From the NCBI GenBank assembly GCA_013360215.1, contig JABWCP010000010.1, positions 1 through 64,000 of the forward strand: DNA of 64,000 nt. The letters are read 5' to 3'. Numbering within the stretch: position 1 is the first letter of the stretch; each line of letters opens with the position of its first letter. Of this stretch, positions 37,854 through 48,789 are shown one piece after another. The notes under the pieces are model-generated. The model saw only the letters and a list, made by a program, of their open reading frames with translations, had not been told where the DNA came from and searched no databases. The DNA comes from a bacterium (GTDB taxonomy: Bacteria > CLD3 > SB21). Made by a program: the position numbers and the translations under genes.

Positions 37854-38783
37854 TTAATCCGTAATCCCGTCTAATTCTTCGTGATTAAATCCGACAAACT
37901 TAACTTCCGTTTCCAGACGAATACCATTGCGCTGTGCAATCGTTTGTCGAATGTGTTTAATAATTTCGAGAACATCGGCAGCTTTCGCTTTGCCTTCATT
38001 GACTATAAAATTGGCATGTTTTTCCGATACACTTGCCCCGCCGATTCGAAACCCTTTGAGCCCGGCTTCTTCGATCAATCGCGCCGCATGATGACCCGCC
38101 GGGTTTTTAAAAACACTGCCGCTGCTGGGCAAATTGATCGGCTGCGTCAGGCGCCTTTTCTCCATATATGCTTTTCGTTTTTCAGCCAACGCTTCTTTAT
38201 CACCATACTCCAGAACCATCTTACCTGATACGATCACCGTGTCCGGCTTTTCCAATGTCTCGACATGACGGTACGCGTATCGAACATCCGATTTGCTGCG
38301 CGTGACTAAAACATTGTCTTCGAGAGTAGTTACCTCTGTCAGCACGTCAAACATTTCTTTGCCGTGGCAACCCGCATTCATCCGTATCGCGCCACCGACA
38401 GTTCCGGGAATCCCCGCAAACATTTCGATTCCTGCGAGTCCCTGACGTTCACACTCAAGCACCAGCTTGGGCATATATACACCTGCGCCGACGGTTACCT
38501 GTGTTTTTTCAAATTGTGTAAAAGAACATGCTTTTTCGAGATCTATCACGATCCCTGAAATACCGCGATCACTGACTAACAGATTACTGCCTTTGCCGTG
38601 CACAAAAAAACCGATGTTATTTTTTTTGCACATGCGCAGCAAATATTTGAGATCTTCTATATCATCCGGTTCGCACCATGCTATACATGGTCCACCGATT
38701 TTGTACCAAGTTTTATCCGAGAGTAAAACGTTTTCCGTCCAGCGTCCGCGAAATCCGGAACGCATATCCTCTGTCGTTTTCAT
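37854..38783 (-). CDS. murB: UDP-N-acetylenolpyruvoylglucosamine reductase
   Basis: G.GSNLLVSD, GIPGTVGGA.RMNAG, SGSVFKNP, KHANFIVN. Confidence 0.97.
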   Translation of the reverse strand: MKTTEDMRSGFRGRWTENVLLSDKTWYKIGGPCIAWCEPDDIEDLKYLLRMCKKNNIGFFVHGKGSNLLVSDRGISGIVIDLEKACSFTQFEKTQVTVGAGVYMPKLVLECERQGLAGIEMFAGIPGTVGGAIRMNAGCHGKEMFDVLTEVTTLEDNVLVTRSKSDVRYAYRHVETLEKPDTVIVSGKMVLEYGDKEALAEKRKAYMEKRRLTQPINLPSSGSVFKNPAGHHAARLIEEAGLKGFRIGGASVSEKHANFIVNEGKAKAADVLEIIKHIRQTIAQRNGIRLETEVKFVGFNHEELDGITD

Positions 38784-40141
38784 ACGCCGCGCACCATCTG
38801 ACGCCCAATGTGCGTAATGTCCCCCGCACCCATCGTGATCACGATATCACCCGGTTTTGCCGCTTTACGAATGGCCTCTGATAGTTTGGCTTTATCGCCG
38901 ACGAACGTGACATGCGCATGATTTTTTTTCGTTGTTTCGTACAATTTCTCTCCGGTGATGCCCGGTATCGGCATTTCACGCGCCGGATAAATTTCCGTCA
39001 GTATCACTTCGTTGGCTGCCGTAAATGCCGACGCAAAATCTTCAAAATAATCCCGTGTGCGCGAAAAAAGATGCGGTTGAAACACAGCGATGATTTTTCG
39101 TCCGCCGGCGCCGTCCCGCGCACCTTCAAGCGTTGCGCGTATTTCCGTCGGATGATGCGCATAATCATCAATAAAAAGAACTCCGTCTTTTTCCCCGAGC
39201 CGCTCAAATCGCCGTCCAGTCCCGCCAAACTTGGCCAGACTTTCAGCGATACGCGCTACAGGCACTTCGCACATCAAACCGGCTGCGATACACGCCAGTG
39301 CATTCTTAATATTGTGCGTGCCGCTCATCGGCAACATCATGCGTTCGATCTTTTTTGATTGTAAAAGAACATCAAAATGTAATTCGCAAAATTTTGTTTC
39401 GATATTTGCCGCGCGAAGATCAGCCGCTTCCGATAAACCGAAAGTCATCGTACGTTTACCGCACTGCCTTAGCACTTCCACGACGACCGGATCATCCGCA
39501 TTGCCGATCACCGCACCCAAAAACGAAGTCTGTTTAGCAAACTGCGTAAACGCGCCCGTGATATCGTCCAGATCGCGGTAGATGTCAAGGTGATCCGATT
39601 CGATATTATTGATCACCGCGATATGCGAATGCAATTCTAAAAACGAGCGATCATATTCATCCGCTTCAACCACCACCCAAGCCGAGTCGGAAAGTTTAGC
39701 ATTGGTGCCCAGCTGCCGGACTACACCGCCAATGAACATGGTCGGGTCCAATCCTGCATACTCCAGCATCATGCCGATCATGGCACTGGTCGTCGTTTTA
39801 CCGTGCGTTCCGGCTACCGCGACTCCTTTTTTTCCGCGAAGAAATTCACCCAACAGCGCCGACCTTTTGATCATCGGAATATGCTTTCGCCTGGCTTCGA
39901 TGATCTCGGGATTATCTTCATGCACGGCCGCGGTGTATACTACAAGATCGGCGTGCACTTGTTCCGCACGATGCCCTTCATAACACGTAACGCCTAATTT
40001 CTGAAGGTGCGCCGTTTGTTCATTGAAGGCCTTATCCGATCCGCTCACTTTATAACCCTGACGGAATACCACTTCGGCAAGTCCGCTCATGCCGATGCCG
40101 CCGATGCCGATGAAGTGAATATGTTGTATCGGTCGAATCAC
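38780..40141 (-). CDS. murC: UDP-N-acetylmuramate--L-alanine ligase
   Basis: HFIGIGGIGMSG, GTHGKTTT, EADEYD, DDYAHHPTE, FQPH. Confidence 0.98.
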   Translation of the reverse strand: MIRPIQHIHFIGIGGIGMSGLAEVVFRQGYKVSGSDKAFNEQTAHLQKLGVTCYEGHRAEQVHADLVVYTAAVHEDNPEIIEARRKHIPMIKRSALLGEFLRGKKGVAVAGTHGKTTTSAMIGMMLEYAGLDPTMFIGGVVRQLGTNAKLSDSAWVVVEADEYDRSFLELHSHIAVINNIESDHLDIYRDLDDITGAFTQFAKQTSFLGAVIGNADDPVVVEVLRQCGKRTMTFGLSEAADLRAANIETKFCELHFDVLLQSKKIERMMLPMSGTHNIKNALACIAAGLMCEVPVARIAESLAKFGGTGRRFERLGEKDGVLFIDDYAHHPTEIRATLEGARDGAGGRKIIAVFQPHLFSRTRDYFEDFASAFTAANEVILTEIYPAREMPIPGITGEKLYETTKKNHAHVTFVGDKAKLSEAIRKAAKPGDIVITMGAGDITHIGRQMVRGV

Positions 40142-41250
40142 GCACGAACTCCTTCTAGACTAAACATGTGCCGTACAATGTTTTGTGCCGCATCCGGTTG
40201 GCGCAGTGCATAACTGGCTTCAGCCATCGCACGGCGATATGCTTGATCTTGCATCATCTTTCGCAACGCCGGTAAAAGTTGTTCATTCAGATCGGTTTGC
40301 AATAGCGTCATCGCCGCGCCGCGATCCGATAAGGAGCGGGCATTATATTCCTGATGATTGTCCGCCGCAAAAGGATACGGCACAAGTACGGCCGGCAAAC
40401 CCATCATAGTGATCTCTGATAACGTCATGGCACCCGCCCGGCATAAAACTGTATCCGCCGCCGAATACGCGCCGATCATATTGTCAATGAAAGCATGTAC
40501 CTGCACTTGCGAATAGGGTTTCATCGTATCCCGTACATTTTCATAATCCGGTTTTCCCGTTTGCCAAAGAACCTGTATGTTATCGTCTTGCAATAACGTA
40601 TCCATGATTTTAAGTAATGCCGCATTTACCGCACGGGCGCCGAGGCTTCCGCCCAGTACAAGCAATGTGTTTCTTCCGCTGTCCAATCCCAACGCCGCAC
40701 GGGCGGCCGCCATATCCTGACGGGCAAATCCTTTGCGCAAAGGGTTACCGCTCATCATAAGTTTGCGTTTGGGATCAAAAAACCGTTGCGCATCTTCGTA
40801 CGTGAGATGAATCGCGTCAGCCCAACGCGCAAGACTCAGTGTCGTTCGGCCGGGACGGCTGTTTTGTTCCTGCAAAATTATTTTTTTACGAAACAGCGCC
40901 GCCAAAAGCACTATCGGCCCGGTCACGTAACCGCCGCATCCGATCACGACATGCGGGCGAAACGTCCACATCACGGTTATTGATTGAAGCAGCCCGAATA
41001 ACACTTTGAACGGCATCACCAGATTTCTAAGAACATCGCGCGGATGCAAACTGCGTTGCACGCCGCTCATCACTATCGTTTTCAATCTAAATCCCGCAGC
41101 CGGAATGACGCGCTCTTCCAAACCGCGATTCGTACCGATAAACAAAATTTCCGTCTCCGGTTTTTGCGCCCGGATTTCTTCACCGATGGCCAGCGCTGGA
41201 AATACGTGTCCGCCGGTGCCACCGGCCGCTATGATCACACGCGACGCCAT
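40138..41250 (-). CDS. murG: Lipid II GlcNAc transferase MurG
   Basis: GGTGGHVFP, GGYV, EQN, GGSLGA, CRAGA, HQE.NA. Confidence 0.98.
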   Translation of the reverse strand: MASRVIIAAGGTGGHVFPALAIGEEIRAQKPETEILFIGTNRGLEERVIPAAGFRLKTIVMSGVQRSLHPRDVLRNLVMPFKVLFGLLQSITVMWTFRPHVVIGCGGYVTGPIVLLAALFRKKIILQEQNSRPGRTTLSLARWADAIHLTYEDAQRFFDPKRKLMMSGNPLRKGFARQDMAAARAALGLDSGRNTLLVLGGSLGARAVNAALLKIMDTLLQDDNIQVLWQTGKPDYENVRDTMKPYSQVQVHAFIDNMIGAYSAADTVLCRAGAMTLSEITMMGLPAVLVPYPFAADNHQEYNARSLSDRGAAMTLLQTDLNEQLLPALRKMMQDQAYRRAMAEASYALRQPDAAQNIVRHMFSLEGVRA

Positions 41251-42539
41251 CAGGACATGTCCATACCGACGATATTGGTGCGAACGGCTTTTTTCGCCGG
41301 TGCTTTTTTTGTCGGTACCGGTGTCGTATCGGTCGAATATTCTTCCTCTTCGCCGATTTCACCGCCGACATTAAAATTTTCCGTGAATCGGCTTCGCATC
41401 GCATATTCCGGCGCCGTTGCTTTCATCGCTTCATCTTTGCTCACCGTTTGCGAAGAAATATTTAACAATACACCCACGAGAAAACAGGTGAAGAGCAACG
41501 AAGTACCGCCGTAGCTGATAAAGGGCATCGGTAAGCCCGTGGTCGGAAATACACCTACCGCCACACCCGCATTGACCAGTGCATACACGACAATGCTGAT
41601 GATAATACCTGTCGCTAAATAAAAGCCGTACATATCGGGCGCTGTGCGTGCAGTTTTGATCGCACGGAAAAGAAAAACAATAAACAATCCGAGCACCAGT
41701 ACAGCGCCGATGAACCCCATTTCTTCGCCGATGATCGAATAAATAAAATCCGTAAACGGTTCCGGCAAAAATAACAACTTCTGCTGACCTTGCCCTACGC
41801 CGACCCCCGTGAGCCCGCCATTGGCAAAACTGATGAGCGACTGTTTGATCTGATAACCGCTGCCTTGCATGTCAGCCGTCGGATCAAGGAAAGCCATCAA
41901 TCGTGCGCGGCGATACGGACTGAGTATGACCGTCAGTAGCGCAACCGGAATCGCCACGGCCGCCATCATTCCCAAGTGTTTGATGTCCATGCCCCCGATA
42001 AAGAGCATCAGGATAACCATACCCATGACGACGGCAGCCGTACTGAAATTGGGCTGCAGAATAATCGCAACAGCAAATACGCCGGCCATGATGAGCGGCG
42101 GTAAAAGACCGTTTTGGAAATCACGAATGCGGTCGCCTTTGCTATCCATATAACCCGCGACATAAAACACGAGTGCGATTTTGGCTATTTCCGAAGGCTG
42201 AATACCGAACCCGCCGACTTGCAACCATCGGGCGGCTCCTTTGAGCTGACCGAGCGTGAGCACCACGGCACAAAGCACTCCCGCGATGAGAAGCATCATC
42301 ATCGTGTGCCGTTTATAATTATGATAATCGTATTTGGCGGCAAACATCAGGATCACGATTCCCATCATCGCACGCAAAAACTGATTGACCAGAAAATGCG
42401 TACTGCTGCCAAATTTTTGTTCGGCAATCACATTGCTCGCACTGTACACCATCACGATGCCAAACAGCATCAGCGTCAGCACGATCAGAAAAAGCCCTTT
42501 ATCAATGGTTTTGCGGGGCGTCAATGTTTCTGTAGTCAT
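41250..42539 (-). CDS. ftsW: SEDS peptidoglycan polymerase FtsW
   Basis: MVYSAS, GA.RW, QPSE..K, LPEP.TDFI, PTTGLPMPFISYGGTS. Confidence 0.97.
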   Translation of the reverse strand: MTTETLTPRKTIDKGLFLIVLTLMLFGIVMVYSASNVIAEQKFGSSTHFLVNQFLRAMMGIVILMFAAKYDYHNYKRHTMMMLLIAGVLCAVVLTLGQLKGAARWLQVGGFGIQPSEIAKIALVFYVAGYMDSKGDRIRDFQNGLLPPLIMAGVFAVAIILQPNFSTAAVVMGMVILMLFIGGMDIKHLGMMAAVAIPVALLTVILSPYRRARLMAFLDPTADMQGSGYQIKQSLISFANGGLTGVGVGQGQQKLLFLPEPFTDFIYSIIGEEMGFIGAVLVLGLFIVFLFRAIKTARTAPDMYGFYLATGIIISIVVYALVNAGVAVGVFPTTGLPMPFISYGGTSLLFTCFLVGVLLNISSQTVSKDEAMKATAPEYAMRSRFTENFNVGGEIGEEEEYSTDTTPVPTKKAPAKKAVRTNIVGMDMS

Positions 42540-42542
42540 AAT

Positions 42543-43895
42543 TTATTTCAAACCTTCCACGGCTACTTTAAACTGGCGGCCGCGATCTTCATAATTTTTG
42601 AACATATCATAACTGGCACAGGCCGGCGAAAGTAAAACAACATCACCGGGCGTGGCCGTCTGTTTAGAAATTTCCACCGCTTCTTGCATGGATGCGGCGC
42701 GCTGCACACGGGTCACGGCACCGAGATCACCGGCGATAATGTCCGCCGCTTGCCCGATCAGTACGAGGCTCTTCACCCGCGCTTCCACGAGCGCTTTCAA
42801 AGGTGTGTAAGGCGAACCTTTATGTTTTCCCCCGGCAATCAAAATTACTTTTTCTTTCTTAAAACTATCCAATGCGACATAGGTCGAATCCACGTTCGTA
42901 GCCTTGGAATCATTGTAATAGCGCACACCTGATTTTTCCGCGACAAATTCCAAACGATGTTCTACACCGCGAAATGATCGCAGTGTTTCGGCCATCACCG
43001 ATGTCTTTACATCAAGTGCTTTTGCAGCCAAAACGGCTGCCATGGCATTGTACAGATTATGCCGGCCGATAATACCGATATCACCGGTGGCTATTACCGG
43101 TTCAGGTTTTCCATTTATTTTCATCATTAACATATCATTTTCTACGTACGCGCCGTTTTCCGGAATACTTTGTAACGAAAACGTCCATCGCTGCGCCTTC
43201 GAATCGTCGATCAGTTGCATGAGCGTCGCATCATCCTGATTAACCACCAGTACATCCGACGCTGTTTGATTTTTGATTATATTTTTTTTGGCTGCATAAT
43301 AAGCCTCTACACCGCTGTACCGATCCAAATGATCGGGCGACAAATTGAGCATGATGCCGACTTGCGGATGAAATGATTCAAACCCTTCGGCTTGGAAGCT
43401 GCTCACTTCCACGACGGCTACACCGTCTTTGGGCAACGTCTCCGTGCAATCCGAAAGCGGCGTGCCGATATTACCTGCGACAAGTGTCGTACGACCGGCG
43501 TGTTTAAAAATCTCACCGATCAATGTTGTCGTCGTCGTTTTGCCATTACTGCCTGTGATCGCGACGATCGGCGCCGGGATCCACCACGATGCGATTTCCA
43601 CTTCGCTATACACCGGGATATTCCGCGCATACAGTGTTTGCAGAACGGGAATGTCGGATGGCACGCCCGGACTCACGACAGCCCAATCGCAATCCGTCGC
43701 TCGTTCGGTGTGACCGCCAAACTCAGAGGCGATATGTTCGTTTTGTAAAAGAACTTTGGCTTCGTTTTTCTTTTCTTCCGAAGCGAATTCGCTGACAAAA
43801 ACCGATGCACCTTTGTGCTTAAGCAAGCGGGCGGCGGCGATACCGCTGGACGCCGCGCCGATGACCGTTATTTTTTTTCCTTTCACATCCCGCAT
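42543..43895 (-). CDS. murD: UDP-MurNAc-L-Ala--D-glutamate ligase
   Basis: SPGVP, TGSNGKTTT, EVSSFQ, PDHLDRY, NDSKATN, LSPACAS.D. Confidence 0.98.
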   Translation of the reverse strand: MRDVKGKKITVIGAASSGIAAARLLKHKGASVFVSEFASEEKKNEAKVLLQNEHIASEFGGHTERATDCDWAVVSPGVPSDIPVLQTLYARNIPVYSEVEIASWWIPAPIVAITGSNGKTTTTTLIGEIFKHAGRTTLVAGNIGTPLSDCTETLPKDGVAVVEVSSFQAEGFESFHPQVGIMLNLSPDHLDRYSGVEAYYAAKKNIIKNQTASDVLVVNQDDATLMQLIDDSKAQRWTFSLQSIPENGAYVENDMLMMKINGKPEPVIATGDIGIIGRHNLYNAMAAVLAAKALDVKTSVMAETLRSFRGVEHRLEFVAEKSGVRYYNDSKATNVDSTYVALDSFKKEKVILIAGGKHKGSPYTPLKALVEARVKSLVLIGQAADIIAGDLGAVTRVQRAASMQEAVEISKQTATPGDVVLLSPACASYDMFKNYEDRGRQFKVAVEGLK

Positions 43896-43899
43896 ACGC

Positions 43900-45006
43900 T
43901 CAACGCACTTTAAATGTAGTCAACGTGAGCAGGGCACATAAAATAGCCATGATCCAAAACCGCGTCACCACTTTGGTTTCATGCCAACCTTTGAGTTCAA
44001 AATGATGGTGTAATGGTGCCATTAAAAAAATCCGGCGCCCTTCGCCGTATTTTTTCTTCGTGTATTTGAAGTACATCACCTGCGCAATGACGGAAATATT
44101 TTCTGCGACCAACACCGCGCCGATGATCGGCAAAAGCAATTCTTTTTTGATCAAAACAGCCAACGTACCGAGCGCACTGCCGATGGCCAAAGCGCCGGTA
44201 TCGCCCATAAATACCTGAGCGGGATATGCGTTGTACCAAAGGAAACCCAAACCCGCGCCCACCATGGCCGTACAGAAAATCGTAAGTTCGCTCGCTTGCG
44301 GAATGTACAAGATATTAAGATAGTCGCTGAAGTTGACATTGCCCGTCACATAGCACATTACCGCAAAGGCCGTCATCGCGATCGAAACGACGCCGATCGA
44401 AAGGCCGTCCAACCCGTCCGTAAGATTGGTGGCGTTGGATGTCGCCGTAATTACAAATATCACCATCGGTATATAAAAATATCCAAAATCAAAATTGAGA
44501 TCTTTGACAAAAGGTATCGTTGTCACCGTTGCAAAACGCTCAAACTCCGGTGTCATGATCATTACCAAACCGACGATCAATCCGAGAGAAATCTGGCCCG
44601 CCGTTTTATAGCGCGCAACGAGGCCTTTTTTCATTTTTTTAATCGCTTTGAGGTAATCATCAATAAAGCCTACCACACCCATCCACGCCGTTGCCAGCAA
44701 TACGAGCAATACATACGTATTGGACAAATCCGCCCAAAGCATCGTCGGTATCAATGTGGATGCTAAAATGATCAGACCACCCATCGTCGGCGTGCCGGCC
44801 TTGGATAAATGCGACTGCGGTCCGTCGAGACGAATTTCCTCGCCGATCTGCATTTCGCGCAGTTTGCGAATGATAAACGGTCCGACAAAAAGACTGATGG
44901 CCAACGCCGTTACCGCCGCCATCGCCGAACGAAACGTGATGTAGCGGAAAAGATTGGAACCGGTAATCCCGGAATCCGCAAATATTTGATATAAAAAATA
45001 AAACAT
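43900..45006 (-). CDS. mraY: Phospho-MurNAc-pentapeptide transferase
   Basis: KAGTPTMGG, GFIDDY, NLTDGLDGL, FMGDTG, MAPLHHHFE. Confidence 0.98.
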   Translation of the reverse strand: MFYFLYQIFADSGITGSNLFRYITFRSAMAAVTALAISLFVGPFIIRKLREMQIGEEIRLDGPQSHLSKAGTPTMGGLIILASTLIPTMLWADLSNTYVLLVLLATAWMGVVGFIDDYLKAIKKMKKGLVARYKTAGQISLGLIVGLVMIMTPEFERFATVTTIPFVKDLNFDFGYFYIPMVIFVITATSNATNLTDGLDGLSIGVVSIAMTAFAVMCYVTGNVNFSDYLNILYIPQASELTIFCTAMVGAGLGFLWYNAYPAQVFMGDTGALAIGSALGTLAVLIKKELLLPIIGAVLVAENISVIAQVMYFKYTKKKYGEGRRIFLMAPLHHHFELKGWHETKVVTRFWIMAILCALLTLTTFKVR

Positions 45007-45017
45007 AAAATTTTTCG

Positions 45018-46385
45018 CTATGCTAAAATTGCCTGTACAATATCTTCCATTTTCATACCGCGCGAACCTTTTACTAAAACCACATCGCCGGGTTTCACGG
45101 CTTCTTTCAACATCTCTATCAATCGGGCTTTATCTTCAAAATAAAACTTGTTCTTCATACCTTGTGCACCGTTCATTGCATGGGCGGCCAACGGACCCGT
45201 GAGATACAACGCATCCACCTTTTTTTCTGCGGCATATGCGCCCATGTCGGTGTGTTCGCTATCCGCCATCGCCCCAAGTTCCAACATGTCCGCCAATACC
45301 GCGATTTTGCGCCCGGATGTTTTTATGCTCATCAGTGTGTCCATTGCCGCGCGCATGGAATTGGGATTTGCATTATAGGTATCATCCATCACGGTAATCC
45401 CGTTTTTCTCTTTAAAACTTACACGATTCGACGGTTGACGATACGCTTCTAAAGCTTGTACTATCGCTTCATCCGGCATCGGCATGTGTTTGGCCACCGC
45501 TACCGCTGCAAGAACGTTATATGCATGATGCAAACCCGGTACACCCAGCCGAATATGCATCACCGGTGATTTGTCTTCTTCGATACCCAGTGTGATGCAT
45601 CCTTTGTCGCTGACCTCATGTATCGTTCCACGAAACTGCGCAGATTGCTTCATGCCGTACGTAACAAGATCGCCAGCCAATTCAGTTTGATCGCGTAAAA
45701 AAGGGTCGTCCGTATTTACAAACCGTACGCCATGATCAATCAAATGCCGGTACAATGCCGTTTTTGTTTCCGCTACGGCTTCGACGCTGCCAAAGCGTTC
45801 GATGTGCGCTTTACCGATATTGGTGACAATACCAAAATCGGGCCTTACGATACGACACAGCGTTTCGATATCACCCGGGCGATCCGCACCCATCTCAATA
45901 ACCGCAACCTGCGTATCCGCTTCCAATTTCAAAAGTGTCAAAGGAACGCCGATTTCATTATTCAGGTTACCTTCGGTTGCTTGCGTGATAAATGTTTTGC
46001 TCATCACGGCTTTGAGCATTTCTTTGGTCGTTGTTTTTCCGTTGGAACCTGTAACGCCGATTACTTTGGCGCGGGATTTTTGGCGATGGTTCTCGGCCAG
46101 TCGTTGCAATGCATTCAGCGTATCTTGAACGATCACTAACGGCAACTTTTCCCAAGCCGACGCATAACGCGCAAAAGCCTCCGCCGTCACGACGCATACG
46201 ATACCCCGCAACGCGACATCGCGGACAAATGCGTGCGCATCAAAGCGGGCACCTTGTAATGCAAAGAACATTTGGGATGTTTGTACATCCCGGCTATCCG
46301 TCGAAACGCCCGATGCCGACCACGTGTCTAAAATATTTCGGCATTCGCCGATGGCTTTCAGATCCGCCGGTGTGAATACGGGCAT
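45018..46385 (-). CDS. murF: UDP-MurNAc-tripeptide--D-Ala-D-Ala ligase
   Basis: TGSNGKTTTKE, NLNNEIGVPLTL, DTYNANP.SM, DMLELG, VKGSRGM. Confidence 0.97.
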   Translation of the reverse strand: MPVFTPADLKAIGECRNILDTWSASGVSTDSRDVQTSQMFFALQGARFDAHAFVRDVALRGIVCVVTAEAFARYASAWEKLPLVIVQDTLNALQRLAENHRQKSRAKVIGVTGSNGKTTTKEMLKAVMSKTFITQATEGNLNNEIGVPLTLLKLEADTQVAVIEMGADRPGDIETLCRIVRPDFGIVTNIGKAHIERFGSVEAVAETKTALYRHLIDHGVRFVNTDDPFLRDQTELAGDLVTYGMKQSAQFRGTIHEVSDKGCITLGIEEDKSPVMHIRLGVPGLHHAYNVLAAVAVAKHMPMPDEAIVQALEAYRQPSNRVSFKEKNGITVMDDTYNANPNSMRAAMDTLMSIKTSGRKIAVLADMLELGAMADSEHTDMGAYAAEKKVDALYLTGPLAAHAMNGAQGMKNKFYFEDKARLIEMLKEAVKPGDVVLVKGSRGMKMEDIVQAILA

Positions 46386-46391
46386 AACGAA

Positions 46392-46580
46392 TTACTGATC
46401 CTTTTTGGGAAACAGTTTATAATTGGTTTCGTCAAAATATTCTTTGGAATGCACATCCAGTTTGTCGGGATTATTGCGAATATCCGACAACAACTCATTG
46501 TGTGAAAAAACACCGGGCTCAAACGTCTTAGGATCGAAATGGCGAAATCCCAATTCTTCTTTTTTCTTTTCAAAATCCAT
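46392..46580 (-). CDS. Small hypothetical protein (62 aa) at the murE position
   Basis: Purine-rich SD (GAAGGGAGAGG) before ATG; fills the ftsI-murF gap with 16-nt and 6-nt spacers. Confidence 0.7.
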   Translation of the reverse strand: MDFEKKKEELGFRHFDPKTFEPGVFSHNELLSDIRNNPDKLDVHSKEYFDETNYKLFPKKDQ

Positions 46581-46596
46581 ACGCCTCTCCCTTCAC

Positions 46597-48789
46597 TTAG
46601 AGGTTGGGTTTGCACTGAATGATGACCGATTCACCGTTTTTGGCGACGGCGCCGGCACGCGGGTATTGAGCGATCACGTAACCGTTGCCTTTTATTTTAA
46701 CATCAATTCCCGACTCATATAACTTATTCATCGCCATACGCATACTCAGGCCGCGCACGTCGGGGATTCGTTTCTTGCGAAAGTCCAACGTATCGGATTC
46801 ACTGACCGTAACGGCATTTCCGGTCGTCAGCAAAAGAATGTTCTGTTTCAATTTCGGGTCGTATGTCCATTCTTGTGCCGTCACCATATCACCGGTTCCC
46901 GCGATACGAAATTCGAGATTCATACGATCCAACACATTTTTGGCTGCAGCGATATTGAGATATTTCACATCCGGTGCAGTCATCGCGGCGTCACCGGCTG
47001 TCGTATCCTGATCAAGATCCGCCAAAACACGATTGACGTGTTTGGCAAAATCATCCGACGAATTGATAATTTTTTCGAGAATCTGCCTGGTCGCATTCGC
47101 TGCGGAGGCTTCGCCCCAAATGCTTCGGCGCGGATTGTCCACCGTTACGATAAATGCAACCTGCGGATTTTGTACGGGAAAAAATCCCGCAAACGAAGCC
47201 ACATAGGAATTCGGCGCATAACGTCCGGTATTCACATCAATTTTTTGGGCCGTTCCGGTTTTTCCGGCTACTTCGATACCTTTGATCGCCGCCCGATGAC
47301 CAGTTCCGCCTTCGACGACTTCTTTGAGCATACGGCTGACACGCTGCATGGTCTCTTGCGAAGCCACCGTACGGATCAACTGCGTTTCATGTTCAGTTTG
47401 TGTTCGCTCCAGCGGATCGTACACACCTTTGATGATATAAGGTTTGTACAGCGTACCGCCGTTGGCTATCGCGCTGTACGCCGTCACCATCTGCAGCGGC
47501 GTCACCCCGATTTCCTGACCGATGGAAATCATCGGACGCGAAAGGCCCGACCATGTGCTGGGATGGCTCAGCAATCCGCGCGTTTCGCCTTCGAGATCTA
47601 CGCCGGTTTCGTTGCCAAATCCGAACGCACGCACATATTGATAAAGTTTTTCCGAACCGATCAGATCGGTCGTTTTGATAATGCCGATATTGCTGGATTT
47701 CTGAACAACCTCGGTAAATGAAATCGTGCCATGCTTTTTAGTGTCGTGTATGACATGTCCGTACAATGTCATTTTTCCCCATTCGCAATTTATCCGGTCT
47801 TCCGGATTGCGCACTTTTTCTTCCAACGCCGCTACTGCAGAAAAGGCTTTGAATGCCGACCCGGGTTCATACAAATCCGTAATGGCGCGATTGCGCAGCA
47901 GCTCGGCATCAAACGTTTCCGGAGCATTGGGATCCAATCCGGGATAATTGACCATTGCAAGAATTTCGCCTGTTTGCGGAGACAACAGGACGGCTGTCGC
48001 GTTATCGGCGTTGTAGTCTTTGACGGTTTTTTCGAGTACCTGATAGGCGGCCATTTGATAATTCATATCCACCGTCAGCACCACATCTTTACCGTTGACG
48101 GGATCTTCGTGCGGGTAATCGGGATTGGGATACAAACGTCCGAGAGCATCGGCTTGTAAGATCGCCCAACCGTCTTTCCCGCCGAGCGTGGCCTGCTGAT
48201 CCAGCTCAATACCGGCCGAACCTTCGTTATCAATATTCGTCATGCCGAGAAGCGCAGCGCCCGCTTTACCAAACGGATAGTGGCGCCGCAGAGATTGCAA
48301 TTTGATCAATCCTTTGACCGAATCATTGACTTTTTCAGCTACCTGATCGTTGACGCGCCGCTCCAGCCAAACAAACGCACCGGGTTTGTTGAGTCGTTTT
48401 AAATATTCGTTCTTCGGTTTACCGAAAACGCGGGAAAAATTTTCCGCAACGCGCGCTTTGTCCTGTTCATTCATAAAACTCGGATCGGCGGCGAAGGAAT
48501 AGTTGATCAGGTTGACGGCGATTTTCTGCATGTTGCGGTCATAGATTACACCGCGTTCGGCTTCCAACACCGCCCGGCGCTCATACTGCCGCTTGGCCAT
48601 CGCCTCGTAGTCGCCGATATTGGCCACTTGTACAAAAAATAAGCGCCCCACGATGATCAGCGCAAACGCCACTAAGCCAAACGCCAAAATACGCAGACGC
48701 TCTACGCGCGTTTTTACAAAAGTCGCGTGATCTGTTTTAGGCTGGATTTTAGGTTCGGGTTTAGGGGTCATATTTTTTTGCTTCGGCAT
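46597..48789 (-). CDS. ftsI: Class B PBP FtsI/PBP3 with C-terminal PASTA domains
   Basis: RG.IYDRN, R.YP.G, EPGSAFK (SxxK), SSN, GKTGTAQ; two PASTA-like repeats (PDV...). Confidence 0.96.
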   Translation of the reverse strand: MPKQKNMTPKPEPKIQPKTDHATFVKTRVERLRILAFGLVAFALIIVGRLFFVQVANIGDYEAMAKRQYERRAVLEAERGVIYDRNMQKIAVNLINYSFAADPSFMNEQDKARVAENFSRVFGKPKNEYLKRLNKPGAFVWLERRVNDQVAEKVNDSVKGLIKLQSLRRHYPFGKAGAALLGMTNIDNEGSAGIELDQQATLGGKDGWAILQADALGRLYPNPDYPHEDPVNGKDVVLTVDMNYQMAAYQVLEKTVKDYNADNATAVLLSPQTGEILAMVNYPGLDPNAPETFDAELLRNRAITDLYEPGSAFKAFSAVAALEEKVRNPEDRINCEWGKMTLYGHVIHDTKKHGTISFTEVVQKSSNIGIIKTTDLIGSEKLYQYVRAFGFGNETGVDLEGETRGLLSHPSTWSGLSRPMISIGQEIGVTPLQMVTAYSAIANGGTLYKPYIIKGVYDPLERTQTEHETQLIRTVASQETMQRVSRMLKEVVEGGTGHRAAIKGIEVAGKTGTAQKIDVNTGRYAPNSYVASFAGFFPVQNPQVAFIVTVDNPRRSIWGEASAANATRQILEKIINSSDDFAKHVNRVLADLDQDTTAGDAAMTAPDVKYLNIAAAKNVLDRMNLEFRIAGTGDMVTAQEWTYDPKLKQNILLLTTGNAVTVSESDTLDFRKKRIPDVRGLSMRMAMNKLYESGIDVKIKGNGYVIAQYPRAGAVAKNGESVIIQCKPNL

